A DNA stretch of 64,000 bases from Actinomycetota bacterium (GCA_016927325.1 JAFGMY010000043.1:2612-66611); one strand, 5' to 3'; numbered from the stretch's first letter, positions 9,701 through 19,762 are shown. Notes: a model not told the origin generated them from the letters alone. Made by a program: numbers and translations.

Positions 9701-11218
9701 TTGAGGGTTATTTTTCTGCAGTCTGAAAACGAGAACCTTGCGATCGAGTACTTCTCTTCAATCCTTCAATCGCTTGGCCACGAGGTTGGCCTGACGTATG
9801 ACCACAGGTACTTCGCGCGTACCGGAATAAGCATCCCCGCGCTGGGGAGTGCCTTCGATATGAGAAACATGCTAGCCGATCAGGTCGTGAGAGGGCGGCC
9901 GGACCTTGTCTGTTTCTCGGTGATGACCAGCGACTACCTGTGGGCGGTTGATATGGCTTCACGGATCAAAGCGAGAAGTGATGTCCCGGTTCTGTTCGGC
10001 GGCATCCACGCGATATCCGTTCCCGATGTAGTGATGTCCGAGGCCCCTGTAGACATGGTGTGCGTGGGAGAGGGTGAAAAGGCACTGCCTCAACTGCTTG
10101 AACAGTTGCCGGATTTTCCCGGGATCGATGTGCCCGGCATATGGGTCAAGAACGGTGGCGAGGTGATAAGATCGGATGTCCCTCCACTCGTGGAGGATCT
10201 GGACGCCGTTCCATTTCCAGACAAGGAGCTTTTTTACCGGGAGCTTCCATGGTTATCTAGAGGTTATCTGCTGATCACCAGCAGGGGCTGTCCCTACTCA
10301 TGCACTTTTTGCGGTAACGACGTGCTTCGGAAGGCCTACAAGGGAAAGGGAAGGTACGTTAGAAGGAGATCGGTTGAGAGTGTCATGTCCGAGATCATGC
10401 TGGCCAGAGAGCGCTACAAACCCAAGAGATTTAATATACTGGACGACTGTTTCACTATGAACAAAAGTTGGCTGGGAGAGTTTTGCGGGTTATATGCAGA
10501 CAAGGTCCGGATTCCCTTTGTGGCCCTCTCCCATCCCCAGCTTATCGATGATGATGTCGCCGGCATGCTGTCTGACGCCGGATGCTTTATTCTGCTCCTT
10601 GGCATACAGAGTTCAAGCGAGAGTATCCGCTCGGAGATTCTAAACCGGAAAGAGAGCAACGAGCAGGTGATGCAGGCGGCGGAGATTTGCCACCGCCACG
10701 GCCTCCGCTTCTCGATTGACCATATATTCGGCCTGCCTTATGAAGGCGTCGAAGAGTACCGCCACGCGCTGTCTTTTTACAACAACCTGCGCCCGGACGC
10801 GGTAAACACATACTGGCTGGTTTACTTTCCCGGCACCACCATTATCGACCACGCCGTCGATGCCGGTATTCTCGCGAAAGACGACCTGGGACGCATCGAC
10901 CGGGGCGATATGGATATAAGCCTGAATGTGGGAATCGGCAGGGGCGACCGCAAAGACTCCGCGGTGGGCTTTAAGAACTACGCTTTTCTTTACAGCCTTA
11001 TCCCTCTTCTTCCCGGCAGAGTAATCGATTTCCTGGCGAAGCGCGAGATTTACCTCGATGGCAGGGATGTGCCGATATCTGTTACCGGGGCCCTCCGCGT
11101 CCTGGGCCTCATACGTCTGGGAATACTCGGGATCTATCTCGAGGAAGTTTTCGGCATGCTGGGCGGTTTTTTGAAAGAAACGTGGCGGCTCCTGGTTAGC
11201 AGAGTTTCCGGTAAATAA
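9701..11218 (+). CDS. B12-binding-domain radical SAM protein (class B radical SAM)
   Basis: 505-aa ORF with TTG start. Cobalamin-domain-like N-terminus (PDLVCFSVMTS...VLFGGIHAI...VCVGEGE), then TSRGCPYSCTFCGN (Cx3Cx2C). Its stop lies 1 nt from the stop of the convergent gene 11220-12677. Confidence 0.8.
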   Translation: MRVIFLQSENENLAIEYFSSILQSLGHEVGLTYDHRYFARTGISIPALGSAFDMRNMLADQVVRGRPDLVCFSVMTSDYLWAVDMASRIKARSDVPVLFGGIHAISVPDVVMSEAPVDMVCVGEGEKALPQLLEQLPDFPGIDVPGIWVKNGGEVIRSDVPPLVEDLDAVPFPDKELFYRELPWLSRGYLLITSRGCPYSCTFCGNDVLRKAYKGKGRYVRRRSVESVMSEIMLARERYKPKRFNILDDCFTMNKSWLGEFCGLYADKVRIPFVALSHPQLIDDDVAGMLSDAGCFILLLGIQSSSESIRSEILNRKESNEQVMQAAEICHRHGLRFSIDHIFGLPYEGVEEYRHALSFYNNLRPDAVNTYWLVYFPGTTIIDHAVDAGILAKDDLGRIDRGDMDISLNVGIGRGDRKDSAVGFKNYAFLYSLIPLLPGRVIDFLAKREIYLDGRDVPISVTGALRVLGLIRLGILGIYLEEVFGMLGGFLKETWRLLVSRVSGK

Positions 11219-11219
11219 C

Positions 11220-12677
11220 TCAGCGTGCGTTTTTTCTGCCCCTCAGGGCGAAATCCCTCAAGTGCCCGAGAACTGCTTTCGCTGCTTTGGCGACGAACTT
11301 CAAGTCGTCCGCGGACCGGATCGAGACCATGGTGCGGAAGATAAACCTGGGGGTCAGAAAAGAACTGTAAAGGCCCTGTGTCAGCTGGCCCAGCTTTTCA
11401 GCCGGGATGCCGGTTTCCAACACCGGCCCGCTCATATCGTACCTGTCCCAGTCCATTGTGGTCAGCCACCCGTTCGCATCCGCTTCCTCAAAGAGAGGTG
11501 TCCCGGGATAAGGCACGACTATCGTCGCTTGCAGCATATCCGCCGCGCCGGTGTTCAGAAGTTGTTTGCATAGATCGAGGGTCCGTCTGGCGTCTGTTTC
11601 CGTTTCCCACGGGTATCCGACCATTGTGGTGAGGTGCACCGTCAGGCCGGCTTTTTTTGCCATGCCGCAGCTGTCGATAATCTCCTGAACCCTCGTTCCT
11701 TTTCTCAAGCGGTCAAGCGTTTGCTGGTTTGCCGATTCGAGCCCGAACTTGAGCAGGCGAAACCCCGCCCGGGCCATCATCTCGAACCCCTCCCTGTCCT
11801 GGGCGCCCACACGCGCGTTGCATGATATATTGATCTTCCCGGAGTATCCCCTGTCTATCATTCCATTGCAGAACCGGTCGAGCCATGCACCGGCGGGAAA
11901 GGTGCCGGTGTCGTCGAATATCTCCTTAACGCCGTACCTTTCAATGAGGTTTCCGATTTCATCCAGGACGGCGTCGCTTCTTCGCACCCTGAATTTCGGG
12001 TAAAGCGTGGTCCATGAGCAGAAAGTGCAGCGGGCGTACCAGCAGTCCCGGCCTGCCATGGTGTATGTGTGGGGTTTCTTCTTGAACAGGTGCTCGCCGT
12101 AGAGCTTCCACATGGTGAGATCCCGGTCGATTTCCGGAAGTTCGTTCAAGTCATGGTTGAGTGTGAAAAGACCGGTAGAGGCCGGTTTTCCGTCTTCCCG
12201 GTACCAGATCCCGGCTTCGAGCTGCCTGCCGTTCTCCAGGTGATCTACCAGGTTGACCAGCAGGAAGTCGTAATCCCCGCCGGTAAGCACGAAATCCACA
12301 GGGCTGTTTTCCATCGACTCCCCGGGGAGGGCGGTAACGTGGTCCCCGAAGAGGACCACGGTGGTTTCGGGCAGTTCGGCTTTGAGCCTCTTTATGATCT
12401 GCCAGTGAAGCTTGACCACCGGCGTCTTGGTTTCCATGGCTATCAGACCGGGACGCTCGCGGTTTATGAAGCTCCAGAACCGGTCGGGGGTCCAGCGCAT
12501 CGCCACTGCGTCGTTCCATAGCACCTCGTGGCCTTTCTCCTTCAGCATTGTCGCTGCGCAGGAAGGTACCATCGGGTAGATAAAAGACGGGTTATGAAAC
12601 CACTGAAATTGCCTGTTCTGCCCCAGGGTAGGGTGTCGTTCAACTCCCAGGGGAGGATAAGATACTGCTACTTTCAC
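11220..12677 (-). CDS. B12-binding-domain radical SAM protein with variant Cys spacing
   Basis: 485-aa ORF. GTG start overlaps the upstream TGA (GTGA). N-terminal B12-like domain (PGLIAMETKT...VVLFGDHVT...LTGGDYD). The cluster motif reads GRDCWYARCTFCSW, i.e. Cx4Cx2C rather than Cx3Cx2C. Confidence 0.7.
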   Translation of the reverse strand: MKVAVSYPPLGVERHPTLGQNRQFQWFHNPSFIYPMVPSCAATMLKEKGHEVLWNDAVAMRWTPDRFWSFINRERPGLIAMETKTPVVKLHWQIIKRLKAELPETTVVLFGDHVTALPGESMENSPVDFVLTGGDYDFLLVNLVDHLENGRQLEAGIWYREDGKPASTGLFTLNHDLNELPEIDRDLTMWKLYGEHLFKKKPHTYTMAGRDCWYARCTFCSWTTLYPKFRVRRSDAVLDEIGNLIERYGVKEIFDDTGTFPAGAWLDRFCNGMIDRGYSGKINISCNARVGAQDREGFEMMARAGFRLLKFGLESANQQTLDRLRKGTRVQEIIDSCGMAKKAGLTVHLTTMVGYPWETETDARRTLDLCKQLLNTGAADMLQATIVVPYPGTPLFEEADANGWLTTMDWDRYDMSGPVLETGIPAEKLGQLTQGLYSSFLTPRFIFRTMVSIRSADDLKFVAKAAKAVLGHLRDFALRGRKNAR

Positions 12678-14383
12678 TGTTCCTTCATCCTTTTCGAGAC
12701 GAGCCCTCTGATTACACCATAGCCGTAAACGATATGCGTGGCAATTATGCCGGGAAACATCATCATGTTGATCAGCGGGTTAAGGCTCTTGATGCTCGAA
12801 CCGAGCACGGCTACGAGATAGATGGATGCGATGGTTGCGTAGAAGAGCATGAATCCATTGCTGAAAAAGCTCAATATCAAACCGGCGATCAATGCGATCA
12901 GGAGAAGGCTCGGCACGAAATAGACCGGTTTTCTCGAAGTCTCGGGAAAAACCTTCGCGAAGTACCCCCTGTGAAGCGCATAAGAGTGTACCTGCCTCAA
13001 GTGCTCTCTGTAGACCTTCCGGCGGTGGTGGAAAACCGTCACGTTTGGAACATAAAGGATCTTCTTCCCCAGTTCCTGTGTCAGTTTCCAGCAGAATACG
13101 GTATCTTCACCCGGCCAGAACTCCGGGTCGAAACCTTTTACCGCGTCGAAGTCCGCCCGCCGGACGATGAGGTTGCTTGTGGGATAATCGTCAACTTCGC
13201 GGTATGCGCGGTATACGTACCTGTAAGTAGTGGGCCCGGACACAATCGACGCCGAGTATATCAGCCCACTGGCCTGTTGTCTCCTGGAGTCCCCTTCGGG
13301 GGTTACACCGGGGCCTCCGACTGCTGTTACTTCTTTATCATCGAAGTAGGCAATCGAGTTTTTGAGCCAGTCGTACTCAGGCCAGGCGTCGGAGTCAATG
13401 AACGCAAGGAGATCAGCGTCGCTGTCGGCGGCGCCCATGTTCCTCTTGATCGCAGGCCCGACGGGCCCGCTTTCGATGATTTTGCTTCCAGGTTGAGGGA
13501 GTTTCCTGACTGCCGCGCTATCGGTTATCAGTTTTATATCATAGTTCGAGTAGTTCAACTCGGAGCATCTCTCGAGGCACTCCTCTACCATGGGATCGAT
13601 CGCTCTGGTTGGTATGATTATGGACACCTTCGGCTCTTCACTTGATGCTGCTTTGAGTGGGCTTCCATAATAACCGTAGACATACAGGCGGTAGAAGATA
13701 CCTATTGTATCCACCACTATTCTGCGGATATCGAGCCAGGTTATCCGTTTATATTTTCGTTTGAAATCAAGCTTGATCGGGGTTTCGGCAATCCTGTAGC
13801 CCATGTAGTTTGCGGTAACCAGCAGTTCGAGATCCAGCGTGTATCCCTTGCAGGTCATTCTGGGGAATACCGTTTCGAGCACTTCCCTCCTGAACAGCTT
13901 GATGCCGGTCTGGGTGTCCCTCACCGGCAGCTTGAACATGAGGTAGATAATCCAGTAGTAGACCGTGCTGTATATCTTGCGGACCGCAGGGTAATCCAGC
14001 TCCGACTGCGGGTGCCTCTTGCTTCCGGTGACGATATCGGAGCCGGTGTTTCTCATTGTCGTGTAAAGGGTGCCGATTTGCGACGGATGAAGCTCGAGGT
14101 CAGCGTCTATGAAGCAGACATACTCCATTCCGGATACCTCAAAGCCCCTTTTCATGGCGTTGCCTTTGCCGCGGTTCTCCTTGAGACTAACTACCCTGAC
14201 TGTTTCCAGATCGAGGGCGGCCCTGCCGACTTCATGCGCGGTGTCGTCGGTGCTCCCGTCGTTCACGACAATGATCTCGTATTCCCTGATGAGCTTTTTC
14301 ATCTCCGCTGCTGTTTCCAGGATGGTGCGGTAGATCGAATCCGCCTCGTTGTAAGTCGGGATGATTACCGATATTCCTCGCAC
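12674..14383 (-). CDS. two-domain family 2 glycosyltransferase with C-terminal membrane anchor (first domain Dpm1/GtrB-like)
   Basis: Domain 1: ISVIIPTYNEADSI...IIVVNDGSTDDT...FIDADL. Domain 2: VSIIIPTRAID...AFIDSDAWP. The C-terminal ~90 aa are hydrophobic (VYFVPSLLLIALIAGLILSFF...). Confidence 0.8.
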   Translation of the reverse strand: MRGISVIIPTYNEADSIYRTILETAAEMKKLIREYEIIVVNDGSTDDTAHEVGRAALDLETVRVVSLKENRGKGNAMKRGFEVSGMEYVCFIDADLELHPSQIGTLYTTMRNTGSDIVTGSKRHPQSELDYPAVRKIYSTVYYWIIYLMFKLPVRDTQTGIKLFRREVLETVFPRMTCKGYTLDLELLVTANYMGYRIAETPIKLDFKRKYKRITWLDIRRIVVDTIGIFYRLYVYGYYGSPLKAASSEEPKVSIIIPTRAIDPMVEECLERCSELNYSNYDIKLITDSAAVRKLPQPGSKIIESGPVGPAIKRNMGAADSDADLLAFIDSDAWPEYDWLKNSIAYFDDKEVTAVGGPGVTPEGDSRRQQASGLIYSASIVSGPTTYRYVYRAYREVDDYPTSNLIVRRADFDAVKGFDPEFWPGEDTVFCWKLTQELGKKILYVPNVTVFHHRRKVYREHLRQVHSYALHRGYFAKVFPETSRKPVYFVPSLLLIALIAGLILSFFSNGFMLFYATIASIYLVAVLGSSIKSLNPLINMMMFPGIIATHIVYGYGVIRGLVSKRMKEQ

Positions 14384-14434
14384 GAGCGCTCTTTCCGTTG
14401 AAGGTTACTTCTCGATAAGACCTAGTTCAATGAC

Positions 14435-16774
14435 TTACTGGATTATCCTTGGTTTGACTGAAACGTCCCCAAGCTTGAGAAATGCCGTCGGGGTCCCGAA
14501 GAAGTTGACTTCAACCTCATCTATTTTGACAGCAGGGCCCGACGGGGTCAGCACTATAATAAGACCTCCCGCAGGTATTTTCACGTTAGACAGCCGGACA
14601 CTCTCCTGCTGGTCGCCCGTAAGGTCGCCTTCCCAGACAGTATCTCCATCAATTGAAATATTCAGATGATGAGGGGATGCGATATTATTGATCGGCACTT
14701 CAATATCCGCTTCAAGCTGTTCTTCCGCAAAATTAACAATATGGATCTCCCCCGTACCCGCCAGGAGCCTCACTGTTATTTTGCCCTGATCGATGAAGGG
14801 GGTTGATATTCGGCCGGCATAGAACGGCACAAGGCTGGAAGGCCGGTCGGCGACCTTGAACAGGTAGCCGTCGGAGAAAATATCATCGCTTTCAATTCTG
14901 TTTATGAGTTCAAGCCCCTGTGGAAGGTGGGACATCTCTTCCTCCTTATTTTCCGTACCTTCGTAGAGTTCGAACATCTTGCGGAGGTAAATTACGTGTG
15001 TTATCCCGAAGCTGCTCAGGATCGAGGGCACCATGGGATTAAACGGGTTGTAAACGGTCCGGCGCAGAGCTTCGCCGTCAGAGTAATCATAGCCTCCGTT
15101 GAGCATTGGTCGCTGGAAATATCTCTGGTAGAGAAGATACCGTTGCGAATGAAAGAAGGACGCTTCGAACGCTGGATAGATTACCAGGCTGCTGTCTTCG
15201 GGGAGTTTACCGGCGAGCCGGAAGATTTCAGGTGTTTTGTCGACTTTGAAATACTTGAAAGGTGGAACAACGGCCGTCTCGCAGAAAATAACCACTGTTA
15301 ATATTATTATTATCGCGTATCGCCACCGCGTGTTCATATTTCTAATGATATGCTGAACCGCGAAGCAGGCGATTACAATTACGCATGCGGCGACCATTAC
15401 CCCAAAACGGAGGTACCATCGGAACCAGGGCGCGATAAAGCGGAAAACAAGGCTTGGCATAGGGACCGCAAAGTCGCCGATATATACATTGGGTGGCAGT
15501 GAAAAGACTAAAGCGGACACTCCTCCTGCAAAGAATCCCCATAGAATAATGCGCTTGTGGGCGGACTCGAAGATTGATACCTCGGTGCCGTCGACTAACA
15601 CGGAGTTTTCCTTCTCAGCTCCGTCAGGTTGTTTTTCAGCACTCCTTTTCCTGGTAAAAATGACCATTGACGCGATCGCGAGAACAAGTATGGTCCATCC
15701 GATGTAAAGCGAATTGTTAAACATTTTGAGGTCGTTTTTGTTCAATTTTCTTACAATGCGGCCTACCGTGAAATTTTCAGCATTCGGGATAACGTAGTCC
15801 TTCAGTTTCGCTGATCCCGAGATTGTGGCCTCGAGGGTCCTTGAAGAGCCCTGCGTAGGAATCCCCGCCAACTCCCCGGTGGTGGTCTCAGTTATGATTT
15901 GAAGAGTGAAGAAGGGCACGATAACAGCAACTGTAATGAAAATGGATATAATAATCAGTATTATTGTCTGGCGGTACGGGTAGGCAGCCGTAACAGCCGT
16001 ATTTACTTCAACATCTTTCTTTTCTTTGTCGGCTTTTCTGTTCTGAAGAGCAAAACAAGTTAGACATACCGACGAAAAAGTAATGGTGAAAATGATTGTG
16101 AAGAGTCCGTAATGAAGGCAGGTTCCGGCCGTAAGAATCAGGGAAGAACAGAATAGTATGCAGTTTTTCCACCCGGGCTTTTCGATAAGCCGTATCAGCA
16201 GAAGCATTGCGAGCGGCATCCATTGTATTATGGACAGGTTAGGGAAAAGCATGCTGTTCACCGCGTGATAAGTGCAGATCATATAAGCAAAGCCACCCAC
16301 GAAAGCGGCCGGTTTGCTGCGGGTCACATGGCGAACAAGATAGTACATCGTGATTCCCGAGAGAAAGAAGCTGGTAAAAACAATAAGGTTGCAGAGAAGT
16401 ACCTCATTCACGAAGAACAACAAGAACTTTGCCCCGAACTGGTAGATGAACTCGGCGTACATGGCGTTGATGCCCTGGCCGAAAGGGGCTCCGATCAAGG
16501 GACAAAAAGTGGCGTTTGATCCGAAAGAACCGGCATTTCTATACCACCACAAGAGCCATGTCGTGCCCATATTGTCACTCGGAATCCCATATAAGGCGCT
16601 CGAGAAATTGGAAATAACAGGCCATGTAAGAAAACCGGTCATTAAGAAATAGAATAAGAAAATAATCATTTCAGGAATGTTCCGCTTCAGTGCCGGTCTC
16701 AGGCGCGAAGAACCGTTCGGCATAGCTTCTTCGCCGGAGTTTCTGACTTCGTCTGGTGTTTCCGGGGTATCCAA
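14435..16774 (-). CDS. large polytopic membrane protein, putative GT-C-fold glycosyltransferase; paralog of 862-3102
   Basis: 779-aa ORF with a TTG start as listed. An internal ATG at 16723 with GGAG 8 nt upstream is an alternative start. Motifs LTWPVI, TTWLLWWY and LAMLLLIRLI match the 746-aa ORF. Long hydrophobic core and a beta-rich C-terminal domain. Confidence 0.6.
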   Translation of the reverse strand: MDTPETPDEVRNSGEEAMPNGSSRLRPALKRNIPEMIIFLFYFLMTGFLTWPVISNFSSALYGIPSDNMGTTWLLWWYRNAGSFGSNATFCPLIGAPFGQGINAMYAEFIYQFGAKFLLFFVNEVLLCNLIVFTSFFLSGITMYYLVRHVTRSKPAAFVGGFAYMICTYHAVNSMLFPNLSIIQWMPLAMLLLIRLIEKPGWKNCILFCSSLILTAGTCLHYGLFTIIFTITFSSVCLTCFALQNRKADKEKKDVEVNTAVTAAYPYRQTIILIIISIFITVAVIVPFFTLQIITETTTGELAGIPTQGSSRTLEATISGSAKLKDYVIPNAENFTVGRIVRKLNKNDLKMFNNSLYIGWTILVLAIASMVIFTRKRSAEKQPDGAEKENSVLVDGTEVSIFESAHKRIILWGFFAGGVSALVFSLPPNVYIGDFAVPMPSLVFRFIAPWFRWYLRFGVMVAACVIVIACFAVQHIIRNMNTRWRYAIIIILTVVIFCETAVVPPFKYFKVDKTPEIFRLAGKLPEDSSLVIYPAFEASFFHSQRYLLYQRYFQRPMLNGGYDYSDGEALRRTVYNPFNPMVPSILSSFGITHVIYLRKMFELYEGTENKEEEMSHLPQGLELINRIESDDIFSDGYLFKVADRPSSLVPFYAGRISTPFIDQGKITVRLLAGTGEIHIVNFAEEQLEADIEVPINNIASPHHLNISIDGDTVWEGDLTGDQQESVRLSNVKIPAGGLIIVLTPSGPAVKIDEVEVNFFGTPTAFLKLGDVSVKPRIIQ

Positions 16775-16953
16775 CAGGCACCGCCTTCTTTCGAATGAAA
16801 TTTTACTCTACTCAATCGATTCAATCAGCACAGTCATTTTCCTTGGTTACGGGGAACGGAAGACGGGGGGGGCAGGCGAACGCCGTAATGTGCGGGGGGA
16901 GAATAGTAAGAGGCGACTACCTGTATATGCCGTGTGTCAGGTGATCCGTTTGT

Positions 16954-17613
16954 TTGTGGATGTATAATGTAAAAACATATTTAAACTACAGGAAAGCGAC
17001 AAGCGGTTCCGGTGAGGCTGCAAAGCCGCTTGTCACTGAACAGGAGGTAGGAGAGATTACTACAACCAGCGATTTCAGGAACGGCCTTGTGCTGGATATC
17101 GACGGGTCTTTGTTTCGTATTGTCGAGTTTCAGCATGTAAAACCAGGAAAAGGAGGCGCGTTCGTCCGCACCAGGTTAAAAAACGTAGAGACCGGCCAGG
17201 TGCTTGACAAGACGTTCAGGGCCGGTGAGAAGGTGGAGGAAGCCAGGCTGGTGCACAGCAAGATGCAGTTTTTATACCGCGATGGTGACAATTACGTATT
17301 CATGGACCTGGACACTTTCGAGCAGATAAACACCGGTCCGGAAGTGGTTGGAGAACTGGCCTCTTTCCTGGTGGAAAACCAGGAACTGAGCGTTTTTTTG
17401 CGCGGGGGCGATGTGATAACCATTGAGTTGCCGTCCGCCGTCGACTTGAAAGTCGAGAAAGCTGATCCCTGGTTGAAGGGTGATACCTCGGGAGGCGCTA
17501 CCAAGCCGGTGACCCTTGAGACCGGACTCATCGTTCAGGTGCCTTTGTTCGTTGAAGAGGGAGACACCCTCAGGGTGGATACCAGGACCGGCAAATATAT
17601 TGAGAGGATTTAA
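16954..17613 (+). CDS. efp: translation elongation factor P
   Basis: DFRNGLVLDIDGSLFRIVEFQHVKPGKGGAFVRTRLKNVETGQ is the canonical EF-P N-domain with the KPGKG loop. The listed ORF carries a 34-aa non-EF-P leader; the true start may be the ATT at 17056 (see findings). Confidence 0.9.
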   Translation: MWMYNVKTYLNYRKATSGSGEAAKPLVTEQEVGEITTTSDFRNGLVLDIDGSLFRIVEFQHVKPGKGGAFVRTRLKNVETGQVLDKTFRAGEKVEEARLVHSKMQFLYRDGDNYVFMDLDTFEQINTGPEVVGELASFLVENQELSVFLRGGDVITIELPSAVDLKVEKADPWLKGDTSGGATKPVTLETGLIVQVPLFVEEGDTLRVDTRTGKYIERI

Positions 17614-17614
17614 T

Positions 17615-18052
17615 ATGGCAACCGGGACCGGGAGCCGGAGAAAACAGCGCAGGAACGTTCTGCGGATACTGTTCGAGATGGACATCAACTGTTCCACCGT
17701 GGAAGAGGTGTTAAAGGGGAAGCGCCTTGCCGGCGAGGATGTGCCGGGGGATTTCGGAATAGAGATTATCAGGGGAGTGAACACACACCTTGGTAAACTC
17801 GATAAGGTGATATCCAGGTATTCCCAGGGGTGGGACATAGAAAGAATGCCGCTGGTGGACCGCAATATCCTGCGGATGGCTCTGGTAGAGCTTTTCTTCA
17901 TCAGTGATATTCCCACTGCGGTTACGATCGACGAGGCGGTTGAGCTGGCAAAGACGTTTTCAACCGAGGACTCCGGGAAGTTCGTTAACGGCGTACTGGG
18001 AAAAATCAACAGCGAGGAGAATGAGGTAAAGATGATCTTGTCTGAGGGCTGA
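17615..18052 (+). CDS. nusB: transcription antitermination factor NusB
   Basis: Start moved to ATG 17615, 1 nt after the efp TAA. RRKQRRNVLRILFEMDI...WDIERMPLVDRNILRMALVELFF...P..V.IDEAVELAK is the typical NusB sequence. Confidence 0.9.
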   Translation: MATGTGSRRKQRRNVLRILFEMDINCSTVEEVLKGKRLAGEDVPGDFGIEIIRGVNTHLGKLDKVISRYSQGWDIERMPLVDRNILRMALVELFFISDIPTAVTIDEAVELAKTFSTEDSGKFVNGVLGKINSEENEVKMILSEG

Positions 18053-18074
18053 AAACATGCTATCTTTGGAAAAA

Positions 18075-18107
18075 CCTTTTAAGCTAGTCCGGCGAGGCTA
18101 GAAAAGG
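18075..18107 (+). promoter_or_regulatory. PyrR-binding loop (anti-antiterminator hairpin) of the pyr attenuator
   Basis: CCUUUUAAGCUAGUCCGGCGAGGCUAGAAAAGG. The stem is CCUUUU/AAAAGG, and the inner sequence GUCC-G-GAGGCU...AAGG closely resembles the PyrR box as I remember it (UCCAGAGAGGCU...AAGG). It lies 175 nt upstream of pyrR. Confidence 0.7.
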
Positions 18108-18138
18108 AGCGAAAATTGGAATACATGACTGCAAATAT

Positions 18139-18170
18139 AGCTTTTCCACTCGATGGAGGAGCTTTTTTTT
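18139..18170 (+). terminator. intrinsic terminator of the pyr leader attenuator
   Basis: Stem AGCUUUUCC (18139-18147) pairs with GGAGGAGCU (18155-18163): 9 bp including 2 G-U, with a 7-nt loop, followed by a T8 run ending at 18170. GAAAAG (18101-18106) can alternatively pair with CUUUUC (18141-18146) as the antiterminator, and this overlaps the 3' arm of the PyrR loop. Confidence 0.7.
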
Positions 18171-18266
18171 ATACAGGAAGAGCCGTCGCGGAACTCCGCG
18201 TGAATTCGCGTCCCGGTTTTTCCCGCGCCCGCCGGGCCAAACGGCTGTCCGTTCCAGTTCCATTGA

Positions 18267-19754
<1,488 letters not shown>

Positions 19755-19762
<8 letters not shown>

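Noticed and set aside
16865-16872. G8 homopolymer (plus G6 at 16894-16899) in the divergent promoter region of the island, and a C7/G7 tract inside the GT4 gene (6664-6670), considered as slipped-strand phase-variation switches for the surface-glycan genes.
   Set aside because: An equally long G7 tract occurs inside the housekeeping carA gene (21973-21979). Such runs therefore appear to be normal for this genome, and there is no population or length-variation data.
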